A DNA stretch of 48,729 nt from Betaproteobacteria bacterium (lineage in GTDB: Bacteria; Pseudomonadota; Gammaproteobacteria; Burkholderiales; Burkholderiaceae), in NCBI GenBank assembly GCA_016867965.1, contig VGIH01000001.1, positions 1 through 48,729 of the forward strand, read 5' to 3'. The notes beneath the pieces were generated by a model that was not told the origin of the DNA, did no database searches, and saw only the letters and a program-made list of their open reading frames with translations. A program made the position numbers and the translations under genes. This document shows, piece after piece, positions 28,195 to 39,368 of this stretch (within the stretch, counting starts at the first letter, position 1; every line of letters begins with the position of its first letter).

Positions 28195-29118
28195 TTGAAA
28201 GCCTTCTATAGCGATCACTTTGTGCTGCCGTTGCCCAGCGGACACCGGTTTCCGATGGCCAAGTACAAGATGCTGCGTGATTTAGTCCTTGGACTGCCAA
28301 ACGTCCAATTGCATGAGGCTCCTCGGGCTAGCGATACGGAGCTCCTTCTGGCGCATGACGCTTCATACGTCCAGCGGGTTATTAGTGGAACTCTCAGTGA
28401 GGCAGAGCAGAAAGCGATTGGTTTTCCGTGGTCCGAGAAAATGGTCGAGCGCTCTCGTCGCTCGGTGGGCGCTACGATTGCGGCTTGCCAATCCGCCCTT
28501 AAAGAGGGTGTGGCCGTCAATCTAGCAGGTGGTACCCATCACGCCTACCGAAACAAGGGATCTGGCTTTTGTGTTTTTAATGATGCCGCAATTGCAGCGC
28601 GTGTTTTACTGAAAAGTCCGATTGGTCCCCAAAAAATTGGTATTTTGGATCTGGATGTGCACCAAGGCGATGGCACGGCTGCGATTTTGCAAAACGATGC
28701 TGTAATTTGCACGGTCTCGATCCATGGGGAGAAAAACTATCCATTTGCAAAGACCAGTAGCGATCTGGATATTGCCTTAGCCGATGGTAGCGGCGACACC
28801 ATTTATCTAGAGGCGCTCGAGCAGGCTCTCGAGTTTCTATCCAAACAAGGAATGCAGTTTCTGATTTACTTAGCAGGTGCCGATCCCTTCGAAGGCGATC
28901 GTTTAGGTCGTCTAACACTGACGAGCGAGGGATTAGCGGTGCGCGATCAACGCGTCATGGCATTTGTGAAAGAGAAGGGCATCCCAATCGCCATCGCGAT
29001 GGCAGGAGGGTATGCCAATCCAATTGAAGATACGGTGCGAATCCATTATCAAACGATACAAATTGCGTGTGAGCATCAGCATACAATACGCGTTTCTATG
29101 CCTCCGTCCACTTCATGA
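28195..29118 (+). CDS. Histone deacetylase-family (AcuC/AphA-like) Zn deacylase
   Basis: HRFPMAKY, GGTHHA, GFCVFND, DLDVHQGDG, AGAD, GGY; TTG start. Confidence 0.9.
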   Translation: MKAFYSDHFVLPLPSGHRFPMAKYKMLRDLVLGLPNVQLHEAPRASDTELLLAHDASYVQRVISGTLSEAEQKAIGFPWSEKMVERSRRSVGATIAACQSALKEGVAVNLAGGTHHAYRNKGSGFCVFNDAAIAARVLLKSPIGPQKIGILDLDVHQGDGTAAILQNDAVICTVSIHGEKNYPFAKTSSDLDIALADGSGDTIYLEALEQALEFLSKQGMQFLIYLAGADPFEGDRLGRLTLTSEGLAVRDQRVMAFVKEKGIPIAIAMAGGYANPIEDTVRIHYQTIQIACEHQHTIRVSMPPSTS

Positions 29119-29999
29119 AGTCAGCCACTCCGATTGAGGCATTTGCCGCGCCATTGTTTGTATTTATCTGGAGCACGGGTTTCATCATTGCGCGCTTTGG
29201 GATGCCGTATATGGAGCCAGCCACATTTTTATTTCTGCGCTTTACAGGCGTACTGATGATCATGGGCCTCATCATTTTGTTTTGGAAACCCATTTGGCCC
29301 AATCACTCCCAAACCATTCATATTGCAGTGGCTGGGGCGCTCTTGCAATTTGGGTATGTCATGGGTGTATGGAGCGCAGTGCGTTTGGGCATGACCGCTG
29401 GACTGATCGCGTTAATTGTGGGCTTGCAGCCTATCTTGACGGCATGGAGTGCCTCGTGGGTTGCTGAGCGGGTTAACTATCGCCAATGGCTTGGCTTGGT
29501 TCTGGGGATTGGTGGCGTGGCTTTGGTGGTTGCCGATAAAACCAGCTTTCTGGATATTCCAATGAGTGCCTATGGTTTTGCGATTGCCGCGCTATTTGCC
29601 ATTACCTTTGGCACGCTTTACCAGAAAAAATACTGTCCTGATTTTGATCTTCGGGCCGGATCGATGATTCAGTTTTCAATCTCGACCGTTTTGTGTTTAA
29701 TCGTTGCTTTGCTGTTTGAGACCCGCCAGATCGTCTGGAATGCGCCAGTGATTGGCGCCTTACTGTGGGGTATTTTGCCAACCTCGATTGGTGCAATTAG
29801 TTTGTTGTTTATCTTGATCCGCAAAGGTGCCGCCACAAAAGTAACCAGCCTTTTGTATTTGACGCCCCCAACCACAGCCCTGATGGCCTGGGTTTTGTTC
29901 GATGAGCCCTTGACGCTCATGATGCTAACTGGACTATTGCTCACCATGACCGCGGTGATTTTGGTCAACTACCAAGGAAAAATAGTAACCAAGCGCTAA
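29115..29999 (+). CDS. DMT/EamA family transporter
   Basis: FVFIWSTGFI, LFLRF, GLQPILT, LLYLTPP; ~10 TM segments; ATGA overlap. Confidence 0.9.
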   Translation: MKSATPIEAFAAPLFVFIWSTGFIIARFGMPYMEPATFLFLRFTGVLMIMGLIILFWKPIWPNHSQTIHIAVAGALLQFGYVMGVWSAVRLGMTAGLIALIVGLQPILTAWSASWVAERVNYRQWLGLVLGIGGVALVVADKTSFLDIPMSAYGFAIAALFAITFGTLYQKKYCPDFDLRAGSMIQFSISTVLCLIVALLFETRQIVWNAPVIGALLWGILPTSIGAISLLFILIRKGAATKVTSLLYLTPPTTALMAWVLFDEPLTLMMLTGLLLTMTAVILVNYQGKIVTKR

Positions 30000-30042
30000 T
30001 CCAGTTATTATTACGAAACTGTACTGAATTCTGGGATTTATA

Positions 30043-31140
30043 TTGAGATTGATTCAAGCGGTCATTTATTCAGTAACTCATTCTTTGCCTGCCTTGCAGA
30101 CAAGGGTTCGATACCCCCTCCAGATTCTTCTCCTTGGCATTTTTAGCTTCACTCTCGGTATCGCCGAGCCGGCTCTTGCCCAATCCTCTACCGGAACGCA
30201 GACGAACAAACCTAAACAGAGTGCTCAAGGAAATAAATCCACTGCAGTTCAAAAACCAAAGTCTTCGAATTCAAAACAGGTCCGCACCACGGTTAATCGT
30301 CCCAAGAATCCTCCGCAGGCGGCTGCTCGCCCATCGTTTGCGACGGCGATGGGGTTGCGCAACCAGCCCGATGACCTCAATCTCAAGTCGAGCGTGGCCA
30401 TGGTGGTGGACCAGCATTCGAAAGAAATTCTTTTTGAGAAAAACCCTGATGTCAGTTTGCCAATTGCGTCCATTACAAAGCTCATGACTGCCATGGTGGT
30501 GCTCGACTCCAATGCGCCCCTTGATGAGGTGCTAACCATTACGCAAGAGGATGTGAAGATTTATTCAAAATCCCGCTTAAGTCTGGGTGCCAAGTTAACG
30601 CGCGAAGAAGCGTTGTTATTAGCACTCATGTCCTCCGAGAATCGCGCCTCCTATTTATTAGCCCGTAATTATCCTGGTGGGGCAAAGGCTTTTGTCGAGG
30701 CCATGAACCATAAGGCGTATTCGTTGGGAATGACAAACTCCAGCTTTACCGATCCAACCGGTTTATTGGCCACCAATGTATCGACTGCTGAGGACTTAGC
30801 CAGAATGTTGGTTGCGTCTTATAACTACAAATTGATTCGGGAGTTCTCGGTCTGGCCTGATACCACCTTGGTGATTAATAAACGCCCGCAGGTGTTCTTA
30901 AATACCAACCGTCTTGTGCGCGCTGGTGATATGGAAATTGGTTTACAGAAAACCGGATTCATCAGTGCGGCAGGTAAGTGCTTGGTGATGCAAGCGAAAG
31001 TTAATGGCTTGCCATTGCTGTTGGTTTTCTTGGACTCCGTTGGAACCCAATCGCGATTTGCCGATGCAGTGCTCGTACGTGATTGGATTGAGAGCTATCA
31101 GCCTGGTGAGCCCAAGCCAATTCGCCGCCTCACCATGTAA
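30043..31140 (+). CDS. pbpG: D-alanyl-D-alanine endopeptidase PBP7 (peptidase S11)
   Basis: ASITKLM (SxxK), SSEN (SxN), QKTG; start uncertain. Confidence 0.88.
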   Translation: MRLIQAVIYSVTHSLPALQTRVRYPLQILLLGIFSFTLGIAEPALAQSSTGTQTNKPKQSAQGNKSTAVQKPKSSNSKQVRTTVNRPKNPPQAAARPSFATAMGLRNQPDDLNLKSSVAMVVDQHSKEILFEKNPDVSLPIASITKLMTAMVVLDSNAPLDEVLTITQEDVKIYSKSRLSLGAKLTREEALLLALMSSENRASYLLARNYPGGAKAFVEAMNHKAYSLGMTNSSFTDPTGLLATNVSTAEDLARMLVASYNYKLIREFSVWPDTTLVINKRPQVFLNTNRLVRAGDMEIGLQKTGFISAAGKCLVMQAKVNGLPLLLVFLDSVGTQSRFADAVLVRDWIESYQPGEPKPIRRLTM

Positions 31141-31142
31141 GG

Positions 31143-31943
31143 TTAATCTTTTTTAGAGCTTGGTTTATATCCCAGGCCCTTGGAAATCTGCAGCGCAGTT
31201 TCTTGTAAAGCCTTGAGCCAATCAGGTTGCATGCGATCGGTTGGAGAGCTAAGCGATAGACCCGCCACTAACTTACCAGCGTCATCCAAAATTCCGGCGG
31301 CGAGGCAACTCACCCCGAGTTCAAGCTCCTCGTTATCTCGCGAATGACCCACGTGGCGAACACTCCCAAGCTCGCTCTCAAGCTTACTCAATTGCGTAAT
31401 GCTATTGCGTGTATGACCAGCAAGACCCGTACGGGTTGCATAAGCGCGTACTTGATTGGGATCATCCACCGCCAAGAATAATTTACCGACAGAGGTCAGA
31501 TGCAAGGGCGCACGACCACCAATTGCTCGGACCACTTGCATGCCAGAGCGCTCACTGTAAGCGCGGTCGACATAGACGATTTCATCGCCTTGGCGAACTG
31601 AAAGGTTAACCGTCTCTCCAGTCAGCTTATGAAGCGCTCGCATTGGCAATTGGGCGGCTTCTCGAACCGATAAACGCTCTTTCACTAAATTACCGAGTTC
31701 CAAAAGTCGTAAGCCCAGTCTGTAGGTGCCGCCATCACCGCGCTCCACCAGGCGACACGCAACCATGTCATTAAGAATGCGGTGAGCGGTAGAGGGATGT
31801 AAGCCGGTTTTTTGAGAGAGCAGTTTGAGGCTGCTGGCTTCTTCTTGATCGGCCAAGCAATCAAGTAAGTTCATCATGCGCTCGACGACCTGAATCGCCG
31901 TCTTGCCGACATCACCCGGGTTTTTGTTTGCCTTGCTATGCAT
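31143..31943 (-). CDS. IclR-family transcriptional regulator
   Basis: GLHPSTAHRIL HTH, TGETVNL, LHLTSVGKLFLA, DNEELELGV; TACAAT 7 nt before ATG. Confidence 0.92.
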   Translation of the reverse strand: MHSKANKNPGDVGKTAIQVVERMMNLLDCLADQEEASSLKLLSQKTGLHPSTAHRILNDMVACRLVERGDGGTYRLGLRLLELGNLVKERLSVREAAQLPMRALHKLTGETVNLSVRQGDEIVYVDRAYSERSGMQVVRAIGGRAPLHLTSVGKLFLAVDDPNQVRAYATRTGLAGHTRNSITQLSKLESELGSVRHVGHSRDNEELELGVSCLAAGILDDAGKLVAGLSLSSPTDRMQPDWLKALQETALQISKGLGYKPSSKKD

Positions 31944-31971
31944 TTCAATGATTGTAATGAGTTTTTACAGC

Positions 31972-31988
31972 ATTGCGTATTGTGAAAT
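31972..31988. promoter_or_regulatory. Imperfect palindrome over the iclR promoter
   Basis: ATTGCGTATTGTGAAAT fits ATTTCRYA-N-TRYGAAAT with one mismatch. Confidence 0.5.
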
Positions 31989-32040
31989 CTAATAGTAAAT
32001 CAACACGGGCGATTCAACAACTGAGAAGCGAATGAAGTAT

Positions 32041-33069
32041 CTAAGGAAAGGCCCGCACACAATCCACAATTAGTTTAGGACCTTGATAAATGAGTCCCGT
32101 ATAGATTTGCACCAAACTGGCGCCGGCATCCAGTTTTTGTTTGACATTCTCACCTGAAAGAATACCTCCAACCCCAATGATGGGAATACGGTTGTGAAGC
32201 ACCTGAAATAAATCATAAATCGTTTGATTAGAGCGAACTAAGATAGGTGACCCTGAGAGACCGCCAGTTTCATGACCGTGCTCAAGCTCTTCTACACCGG
32301 TGCGAGCAATGGTGGTGTTTGTGGCGATCACCGCATCAATCTCAAACTCAATTAAAAGGTCGGCGATCAACTTGAGATCCGCCGCTTCGAGATCGGGTGC
32401 AATTTTCAGAAAAATTGGCTTACGTACGCTAAATTGTTGACTTAAGTCCTCACGTGTTTGATAAAGTGCTTGTAATAACTGGCGCAACATCACCTCACTT
32501 TGAAGATCGCGTAAGTTTTTAGTATTCGGTGATGAGATATTGGCAGTAATGTAGCTTGCCACAGGATAGACGTTGCGCATACCGATGACGTAATCATTGG
32601 CAGCGTTCTCGATCGGCGTACTCGCGTTCTTCCCAATATTAAGACCAATGACACCGCCGTCTTGATAAAACCGTGAGCGCTTGACGCGTTCAATACAGGC
32701 ATCCACTCCATCGTTATTAAAGCCCATGCGATTAATTAATGCGTGTGCACTGGGCAGACGAAACATGCGCGGCTTGGGATTGCCGGGTTGTGGCAAGGGT
32801 GTCACTGTGCCAATCTCTAAGAACCCAAAGCCAAGGCTCGCGAGTGCGTCAATATGCTTGCCATCTTTATCTAAGCCGGCAGCCAAACCCACTGGATTAC
32901 GAAATCGTAGTCCACAAAGTTCAACTGGCTTGATGATAGGTTTGCCAATCAAGGCCTTCAGAAGTCCGCAGCGTTCTAAGCGATCAAGTTGGGCAAATGA
33001 GAAATCATGAGCCTCTTCGGGGTCTAGTGAGAACAGCAGGGGACGAACAAGCGGGTAGGTATTAATCAT
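32041..33069 (-). CDS. pyrD: Quinone-dependent dihydroorotate dehydrogenase
   Basis: [47 protein letters not shown]. Confidence 0.97.
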   Translation of the reverse strand: MINTYPLVRPLLFSLDPEEAHDFSFAQLDRLERCGLLKALIGKPIIKPVELCGLRFRNPVGLAAGLDKDGKHIDALASLGFGFLEIGTVTPLPQPGNPKPRMFRLPSAHALINRMGFNNDGVDACIERVKRSRFYQDGGVIGLNIGKNASTPIENAANDYVIGMRNVYPVASYITANISSPNTKNLRDLQSEVMLRQLLQALYQTREDLSQQFSVRKPIFLKIAPDLEAADLKLIADLLIEFEIDAVIATNTTIARTGVEELEHGHETGGLSGSPILVRSNQTIYDLFQVLHNRIPIIGVGGILSGENVKQKLDAGASLVQIYTGLIYQGPKLIVDCVRAFP

Positions 33070-33823
33070 CAGTAAGCTGATGCGGCAACAAGCGTTGCCA
33101 CTGATCGTTGATCAATCCTTCGAGTGGTTGAAATTTAATCTTGTATGACATTTTAGGACTTTGTGCGATGTAGTAGCCCAAATATAAATAGGGAAGACCG
33201 AGTAGCTGAACCTGATCAATTTGCCACAACACACTATAGGTACCATAGCTCGTACTCGTTTGACTGGAATCATAAAAGGTATAGACCGACGAGATCCCTT
33301 GCTCCAAAACATCAATCATGCTTACCATACGCAAACGACCAGGATGTGGATCATTCGGACCATCCCGAAACTCCACCATGCGCGAGTTAACCCGACTTTG
33401 CAATAAGAACTGCGTATATTGCTCTTGGTTGTCGTACTCCATCAAGCTGGAGTGATGACGGGTTGATTGATACTGCTGATAGAGTTGGTAGTGCTCGTCA
33501 GTAAACGCAAGACTTAAGACCTGAGTTTGCAATCCGGCGTGTTTTTGCCAAGTGCGGCGTTGACTGCGATTGGGGGTAAAGGAAGTCACCGGAATGCGCG
33601 TCGCGATACAGGCTCTGCAATGATCGCAATAGGGTCGATAGGTATACGAGCCACTGCGACGAAAACCTGCATTCACGAGATTGCTATAGACATCAGCGCC
33701 AATCGAATGCGTGGGTGTGGCAACTTGCGAGCGGGCAATTTGCTGTGGAATGTAGCTACACGGATAAGGTGCTGTGGCATAAAACTGAATCGCCGTAATC
33801 GGTAATTCGTGGACGCGGCTCAT
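33062..33823 (-). CDS. bpt: Aspartate/glutamate leucyltransferase (bacterial ATE1-like)
   Basis: [39 protein letters not shown]; next to aat. Confidence 0.9.
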   Translation of the reverse strand: MSRVHELPITAIQFYATAPYPCSYIPQQIARSQVATPTHSIGADVYSNLVNAGFRRSGSYTYRPYCDHCRACIATRIPVTSFTPNRSQRRTWQKHAGLQTQVLSLAFTDEHYQLYQQYQSTRHHSSLMEYDNQEQYTQFLLQSRVNSRMVEFRDGPNDPHPGRLRMVSMIDVLEQGISSVYTFYDSSQTSTSYGTYSVLWQIDQVQLLGLPYLYLGYYIAQSPKMSYKIKFQPLEGLINDQWQRLLPHQLTDD

Positions 33824-34557
33824 CGCAGGTATCTTTCCAGAATGAATTTATCCATCACCCATTTTCCTTGGGTTGGAGCAAGCACAGCACGCTCTACATG
33901 CCTCAGGAACTCGGGGCGGCTAATGGGCATGGCCCCCAATGAGCGAAGGTGGGCGGTCTCTTGTTGGCAATCAATGAAGGTCACCCCATGATCGTAGCAC
34001 CATGCGCACAAGGCTGCTAAAGCGAGCTTGGAAGAGTCGCGAACCCTGGAAAACATCGACTCTCCAAACACCATCGCCCCAAAAGAGACGCAATATAAGC
34101 CACCAATAACGTGGTGATTCTGCTGCAAGGTGATGCAATGGGCATGACCTTGTTCATGCAATGCCGTGTATGCATCCATGATTTCATGGGTAATCCACGT
34201 GCCATCTTGGCCCTGGCGTTCGGTAGTGGCGCAGGCGCGCATCACCCCCGGAAAATCATAATCAACTCGTAAGGTCATGCTCGGATCATCTAGGCATGCT
34301 CGGATTGTTTTACGCAATGACTGACTAATTTTGAGATCAGCGGGATTAAGGGTCATGCGTGGATCAGGTGACCACCATAACACTGGCTGATGATCGGAGT
34401 ACCAGGGAAAAATACCACTTCGGTAAGCACGCTCCAACTGTCCAGAATAGATCCGTTCACTCACTGCCAATAGGCCTGGCACCTCTGGGTCGGGATCAGG
34501 TTGAGTAAGCGGATTGGGGAATGGATCGCTTGGGCCAAGCCACGGGATGGTGCTCAT
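33820..34557 (-). CDS. aat: Leucyl/phenylalanyl-tRNA--protein transferase
   Basis: [36 protein letters not shown]. Confidence 0.95.
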   Translation of the reverse strand: MSTIPWLGPSDPFPNPLTQPDPDPEVPGLLAVSERIYSGQLERAYRSGIFPWYSDHQPVLWWSPDPRMTLNPADLKISQSLRKTIRACLDDPSMTLRVDYDFPGVMRACATTERQGQDGTWITHEIMDAYTALHEQGHAHCITLQQNHHVIGGLYCVSFGAMVFGESMFSRVRDSSKLALAALCAWCYDHGVTFIDCQQETAHLRSLGAMPISRPEFLRHVERAVLAPTQGKWVMDKFILERYLR

Positions 34558-34572
34558 GATCGACGATACAAC

Positions 34573-35127
34573 TTACTCAATGCGTTCGTTGGGCAAAATA
34601 TCCCGCGATCGCGTTCGGCCTTGCTGAAAACCGTCGGTATGAAGATCCTCAAAAAACCATTGCAAAGTTTGCTTCACCGTCGGAAAGGCAAGCTCAGACC
34701 AAGGGATCTGAGCTTCGGTAAATAAACCGACCTCTAAACTTTCAACACCCGCTTCAAAGTGGGGTGTGCGCATCTGCGCTAAATAAAAAAGGTGGACTTG
34801 TTCGACGTGTGCCACATTGAGGAGCGAGAAAAGGGGGCCAATATCGACATGCGCCCCTGCCTCCTCGAGGGTCTCGCGGGCGGCGCCGTGTTCGGTACTC
34901 TCGCCGATCTCTAAGAAGCCCGCTGGCAGAGTCCAATAACCATGCCGAGGCGCAATCGCGCGTCGACAGAGTAGCACTTGGTTTTCCCAAACCGGAATGG
35001 TGCCAACCACATTGCGCGGATTACGATAATGGATCTCACCGCATTGCGCGCAGACATGACGCATGCGCGTATCGTCAGGCGGTATTTGCAGGCGGACATT
35101 GGAGCCGCAGGAGGAGCAGTAGTTCAT
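34573..35127 (-). CDS. NUDIX hydrolase with N-terminal zinc ribbon
   Basis: MNYCSSCG..CAQCG..HYRNP; Nudix box GFLEIGESTEHGAARETLEEAG; ATGA overlap with pabB stop. Confidence 0.92.
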   Translation of the reverse strand: MNYCSSCGSNVRLQIPPDDTRMRHVCAQCGEIHYRNPRNVVGTIPVWENQVLLCRRAIAPRHGYWTLPAGFLEIGESTEHGAARETLEEAGAHVDIGPLFSLLNVAHVEQVHLFYLAQMRTPHFEAGVESLEVGLFTEAQIPWSELAFPTVKQTLQWFFEDLHTDGFQQGRTRSRDILPNERIE

Positions 35128-36938
35128 AAATGAGCCGGAATCATTCCACGCAAAGCATTGCACAGCATTATTTCATTAGCGTTTACTACCTGGGCAATAG
35201 TCAGGTTCGCCTCGCGGGCATTCAAGCTCGGATCTGCTAAGATGACCGATCGCATCACACCGGGCAGCACCCCTGCAGATAATGGCGGGGTAAGCCATGG
35301 CCCATTGACCTCCTCGCGGATCAACACACTCGTGCGACCACCTTCGGTAACATGCCCATGCTCATTAACAAATAAGGCATCAAAGCCACCCAGCTCGACT
35401 GCCTTTTGCCATGCGGCATCGTAGAGCACACGTTCGCTAACCTTGTGACGTAATAAAGGGTTATGCGACTGCATGGTGAGTTGCTGTGGCGTGTAATCAG
35501 CTTGCATAATTTCGTGAGCCCAAAATAACTGAACAGGACCGGGGAGCATCTCAATGATTGAATGAGACAGCGACAGTTGGCCTGTTGAGCTTAAATCAAT
35601 CCTTACCCGATGGACACGATCGTGAATCAAATTTATGCAAGCCGCTTGTACCAACTCAAGTAAGGTATCGAGATTGAGCACAATACCCAAATCACGGGCT
35701 GAGCTCGATAGGCGCTCGAGATGCTTTGACCAGTTTGCCATTCGGGCGAGGTCGCTACCAGGATCAAAACGAATGGTTTCAAAGATCCCCACACCGCTTG
35801 GTAGGCTCGTTAAGAATGCTGCCTTCAGTTGGCACTCTTGGTATTCCGTATTTGCATCGGAGTCCATGGTAATACCCGCACCCACACCTAGCACAAATGA
35901 AGATGCGTTCGCTTGGGGATTACATTCCATCTGCAGCGTGCGTATTGGCACACTCATGGCAAAGTCGCCGTTAGGATCAAACCAACCTAATGCCCCGCAA
36001 TACCAACCGCGCGGTTGATCTTCAAGCGCTTGAATGATCTCCATACTGCGTTTTTTGGGAGCCCCTGTTACTGAGCCGCAGGGGAACACAGCCCGAAGCA
36101 CATCCTCCATCCGGAGATCGGCTCGAGGCTTTGCTTGTACAGTTGAGGTCATTTGCAAGACCTGACCATGTTGTTTGACCTCAAATAATTGCGGAACTGT
36201 TACTGACCCGACTTCAGCAATGCGACCTAAATCATTCCGAAGTAAATCTACAATCATTACGTTCTCTGCTCGATTTTTTGGGTCGCTTGCTAATTCGCTT
36301 GCTTGCACAATGTGCGCATCCGCTGTTCCTTTCATTGGTTTCGCCGTCAGAAGATTATCAGTGCGTCGAATAAAAAGCTCTGGCGATTGCGATAAGACAA
36401 TATCATCCCCATCTTCGATGAATGCGCCATATCGCCCAGGTTGTCTTGTTCTCAGATGTGAATAAAGCCCAAGTGGTGAACCATAGGCCTTGCCATAAAT
36501 TCGGTAGGAGTGATTAATTTGATAGGTATCGCCCGCCGCAATCCATTGATGGATTTGCGCAATATCTTCGATAAAGCGCTCGCGGTGAATTGATTGATGC
36601 AGGTCTAGAATGCCGCTGGGTGATTGATTTGTTTTTAAACATTCTTGTAGCAGTCCATCAACGGCATCTTTTGAGTATTTAGCAAGACCAATAAACGACC
36701 ATGCTCTTAAAAGGGGAAGCGGTTCTGCATACTTGCAGGGGATGCCTTGCAATTGATAACCCAGCTCATAAGCGAACAGGGCCACCACATACTCGCCCCG
36801 TTGCAAGGCAGATTCGATGCCGTCAAAGCAAGCCTGTACCTCGCTGAACCGATTGGCAGACCATTTTTTTTGGACTCGTTGATAGAGTCGACTAGTCGGT
36901 TGCTCGCGACTACTCTCAACATCGTCGAGTAAAAACAT
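35124..36938 (-). CDS. pabB: Aminodeoxychorismate synthase component I fused to ADC lyase (class IV aminotransferase)
   Basis: SPELF, KPMKGT, KNRAENVMIVDLLRNDLG, FPCGSVTGAPK; C-terminal FETIR, HLERL, RHK, TEGGR, TPPLSAGVLPGVMR. Confidence 0.9.
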   Translation of the reverse strand: MFLLDDVESSREQPTSRLYQRVQKKWSANRFSEVQACFDGIESALQRGEYVVALFAYELGYQLQGIPCKYAEPLPLLRAWSFIGLAKYSKDAVDGLLQECLKTNQSPSGILDLHQSIHRERFIEDIAQIHQWIAAGDTYQINHSYRIYGKAYGSPLGLYSHLRTRQPGRYGAFIEDGDDIVLSQSPELFIRRTDNLLTAKPMKGTADAHIVQASELASDPKNRAENVMIVDLLRNDLGRIAEVGSVTVPQLFEVKQHGQVLQMTSTVQAKPRADLRMEDVLRAVFPCGSVTGAPKKRSMEIIQALEDQPRGWYCGALGWFDPNGDFAMSVPIRTLQMECNPQANASSFVLGVGAGITMDSDANTEYQECQLKAAFLTSLPSGVGIFETIRFDPGSDLARMANWSKHLERLSSSARDLGIVLNLDTLLELVQAACINLIHDRVHRVRIDLSSTGQLSLSHSIIEMLPGPVQLFWAHEIMQADYTPQQLTMQSHNPLLRHKVSERVLYDAAWQKAVELGGFDALFVNEHGHVTEGGRTSVLIREEVNGPWLTPPLSAGVLPGVMRSVILADPSLNAREANLTIAQVVNANEIMLCNALRGMIPAHL

Positions 36939-36943
36939 TGTGT

Positions 36944-37519
36944 TTATTTTAAGATCGTAGCTGACTCTATCACTACCGGTGTGTTTGGCACATCAGCCAT
37001 GCGTCCGCGTGGTGTTGAAGCAACCCCGGTTGGTACCAGCTTAATCTTATCGATGGTTTGTGTCCCTGAAATCACTTTTCCAAAGACCGTGTAGCCATTA
37101 CCCATTGCATTCGGAAAATCCAAACCCGGATTGTCTTTGACATTGATATAAAACTGCGCGGTTGCTGAATCTGGATCCGAAGTTCTTGCCATGGCGATGG
37201 TGTAGATCTGATTCTTTAAACCATTTTGTGCTTCTGACACCACGGGTGGCTGCGTTGGTTTTTGTACTAGTTCGGTGGTAAAGCCACCACCTTGAACCAT
37301 AAAACCATTAATAACCCGATGGAATACGGTACCGTTATAAAAGCCACTCTTTACATAAGCTAAAAAATTATTGACGGTTTTGGGAGCCTTGTCGGAGTCA
37401 AGATCGACGACGAAGTTACCGAGGTTGGTCTTAAATTCCACCTTGGGTCCTGCGTACGAGAACCCAGAGAGTGTGGCGATACTAACTGCGAGACCAAGTG
37501 AGAGCCAAAATTTGCGCAT
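36944..37519 (-). CDS. ppiA: Periplasmic cyclophilin-type peptidyl-prolyl isomerase
   Basis: Signal peptide; FHRVINGFMVQGGG, AMARTSDPDSATAQFYIN, GYTVFGKV. Confidence 0.9.
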   Translation of the reverse strand: MRKFWLSLGLAVSIATLSGFSYAGPKVEFKTNLGNFVVDLDSDKAPKTVNNFLAYVKSGFYNGTVFHRVINGFMVQGGGFTTELVQKPTQPPVVSEAQNGLKNQIYTIAMARTSDPDSATAQFYINVKDNPGLDFPNAMGNGYTVFGKVISGTQTIDKIKLVPTGVASTPRGRMADVPNTPVVIESATILK

Positions 37520-37561
37520 TGTATTTCCTTTAATTGCAATGGTTATGGATGCTTCATTGTA

Positions 37562-38857
37562 TTAGCGATTCGCACATGCTTGGGCAAGTTCATTCCAGGC
37601 TGTGGTGTAGTTGGGGCTACGTTGTGAAGAGCGCATGGTCCACTGCGGGCGTAAACCAGCGGCTGCTAGGCGCAGTGTATTAGAGCCGTACTCTTGATTG
37701 AGTCGATCCATTACCTGCATGAGCTGGGATGAGCGCTCGCGTCCTGGCGTATGACAAAAAAGATCGCCTTGCTCATGGCCTGCTGGATGTAGGCCTAATA
37801 ACATTACCCCCGCTTTCTTATACGCAAAGCCAGGGCGGTAAATTCGTTCGACACCCGTACTGACATGTTTGGCTAGTTCACGTATGTCATTCGTACCCAC
37901 TAATAGGGGAATGGTGATGCTCTTGGCATATTGAGGGTGATGGGGTGCAAATGGATTGGTACGTAGATAAACGAGAAGATGCGAACACCAGGAACCTTGC
38001 TGGCGTAATTTTTCAGCTGCACGCGTGACATAACTCACTACCGCTTGGCGTAATTCATCGAGTTGGTGGACGGGCTTACCAAAACTTTTACTTGAAATAA
38101 TTTGGTGCTTACGAACTGCCTGATGGTCTTCGGTATCCTCTAAATCAAGACAACTAATCCCATTGAGCTCATGCACAGTACGCTCAAGTACTACACCAAA
38201 GCGTTTACGAATCAAACTAGTTGAGGCATATTTCAGATCGCATACGCTACGTATACCGAATTGCTCGAGTTTGATCTTTAGACGTCGACCAACCCCCCAC
38301 ACTTCGCCGATATCAATATCGGCCATCAAGGCGTCGGCCTCAAGGCGATTGCAATGCGACCAGCTAAATACACCTTGATAGTGCAAGCGTTTCTTGGCAA
38401 TGTGGTTGGCTAATTTGGCCAAGGTCTTGCTATATCCAATCCCAACGCAGGTTGGTAGTCCTAAGTATTGCTTGATACGCTTACGCATTTGGTGAGCATG
38501 CGCTACCAAGTCATTTGGGATGCCTGTTAGATCAAGAAAGCATTCATCAATTGAGTAGATTTCTTGATGGGGCGTAAATTCTCCCAAGAGGGCCATGAGG
38601 CGAGCGCTCATATCGCCATACAGGGTGTAGTTGGAGCTTAGCCAAATTAAGCCGTGTGAGCGCATCAGATGTTTGGCTTCAAAGAAGGGGGCCCCCATCC
38701 GAATTCCGAGTGCGCGGGCTTCTTGGCTGCGGGCAACGATGCAACCATCATTGTTTGATAAAACCACAACGGGTTTACCTTCGAGGCGAGGATTAAATAC
38801 GCGCTCACACGAGACATAAAAATTATTGCCATCCACCAGAGCAAAGACAGGGCGCAT
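37562..38857 (-). CDS. umuC: Y-family DNA polymerase V catalytic subunit
   Basis: [49 protein letters not shown] clamp motif, SPNYTTAW. Confidence 0.95.
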   Translation of the reverse strand: MRPVFALVDGNNFYVSCERVFNPRLEGKPVVVLSNNDGCIVARSQEARALGIRMGAPFFEAKHLMRSHGLIWLSSNYTLYGDMSARLMALLGEFTPHQEIYSIDECFLDLTGIPNDLVAHAHQMRKRIKQYLGLPTCVGIGYSKTLAKLANHIAKKRLHYQGVFSWSHCNRLEADALMADIDIGEVWGVGRRLKIKLEQFGIRSVCDLKYASTSLIRKRFGVVLERTVHELNGISCLDLEDTEDHQAVRKHQIISSKSFGKPVHQLDELRQAVVSYVTRAAEKLRQQGSWCSHLLVYLRTNPFAPHHPQYAKSITIPLLVGTNDIRELAKHVSTGVERIYRPGFAYKKAGVMLLGLHPAGHEQGDLFCHTPGRERSSQLMQVMDRLNQEYGSNTLRLAAAGLRPQWTMRSSQRSPNYTTAWNELAQACANR

Positions 38858-38864
38858 AGGTAAG

Positions 38865-39311
38865 CTACACCTTATGGATTACGTGGGCTACAACCCCCCA
38901 AATTTGCAACTCTTGTCCCTGACGAATCTCGATTGCAGGGTAATCAGGATTATCGGCACATAACAAAATTTTGCCGCGTTGCTGATGTAAGCGTTTAACA
39001 GTGAGCTCCCCGTCGAGTGCTGCAATCACGACGCGACCATGACTGGGTTCGAGCGAGCGATCCACCACCAATAAGTCACCATCATGAATACCCGCCCCAA
39101 TCATTGAGTCGCCCTTGACCCGCAAGAAAAAAGTAGCCTCTGGATGCAAAACCAAGTGTTCGTTGAGATCAAGGCGTTTGTCGTAATGATCGGCTGCTGG
39201 TGACGGAAATCCAGCAGGCGCACGTCCGGCAATCAGAGGGCGATAACACGATTTGCGCCGGATGGGGGTGAGGCACGAGGACGGCAGAGGGGGTAAATGA
39301 ACCGATTTCAT
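38865..39311 (-). CDS. umuD: DNA polymerase V accessory subunit (S24 autopeptidase)
   Basis: A-G cleavage site [22 protein letters not shown]. Confidence 0.94.
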   Translation of the reverse strand: MKSVHLPPLPSSCLTPIRRKSCYRPLIAGRAPAGFPSPAADHYDKRLDLNEHLVLHPEATFFLRVKGDSMIGAGIHDGDLLVVDRSLEPSHGRVVIAALDGELTVKRLHQQRGKILLCADNPDYPAIEIRQGQELQIWGVVAHVIHKV

Positions 39312-39314
39312 ATA

Positions 39315-39330
39315 CTGTATATTTATACAG
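39315..39330. promoter_or_regulatory. LexA (SOS) box upstream of umuD
   Basis: CTGT-ATATTTAT-ACAG; dyad extends 39310-39335 (12-bp arms). Confidence 0.93.
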
Positions 39331-39368
39331 TATATAGTAATTTTGTTAGTTCAGAAACGGTCAACGCA

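Noticed and set aside
33062-34557. aat plus ATE1-like bpt pair as a novel protein-tagging system
   Set aside because: This is the known bacterial N-degron pathway arrangement.
35124-36938. PabB-PabC fusion
   Set aside because: A known, widespread fusion.
37517-37563. 9-bp direct repeat CATTGTATT at 37517-25 and 37555-63 as a possible umuDC target-site duplication
   Set aside because: Both copies are on the same side of umuDC and there is no copy at the rarA end; more simply a -10 (TACAAT) and the ppiA start context.
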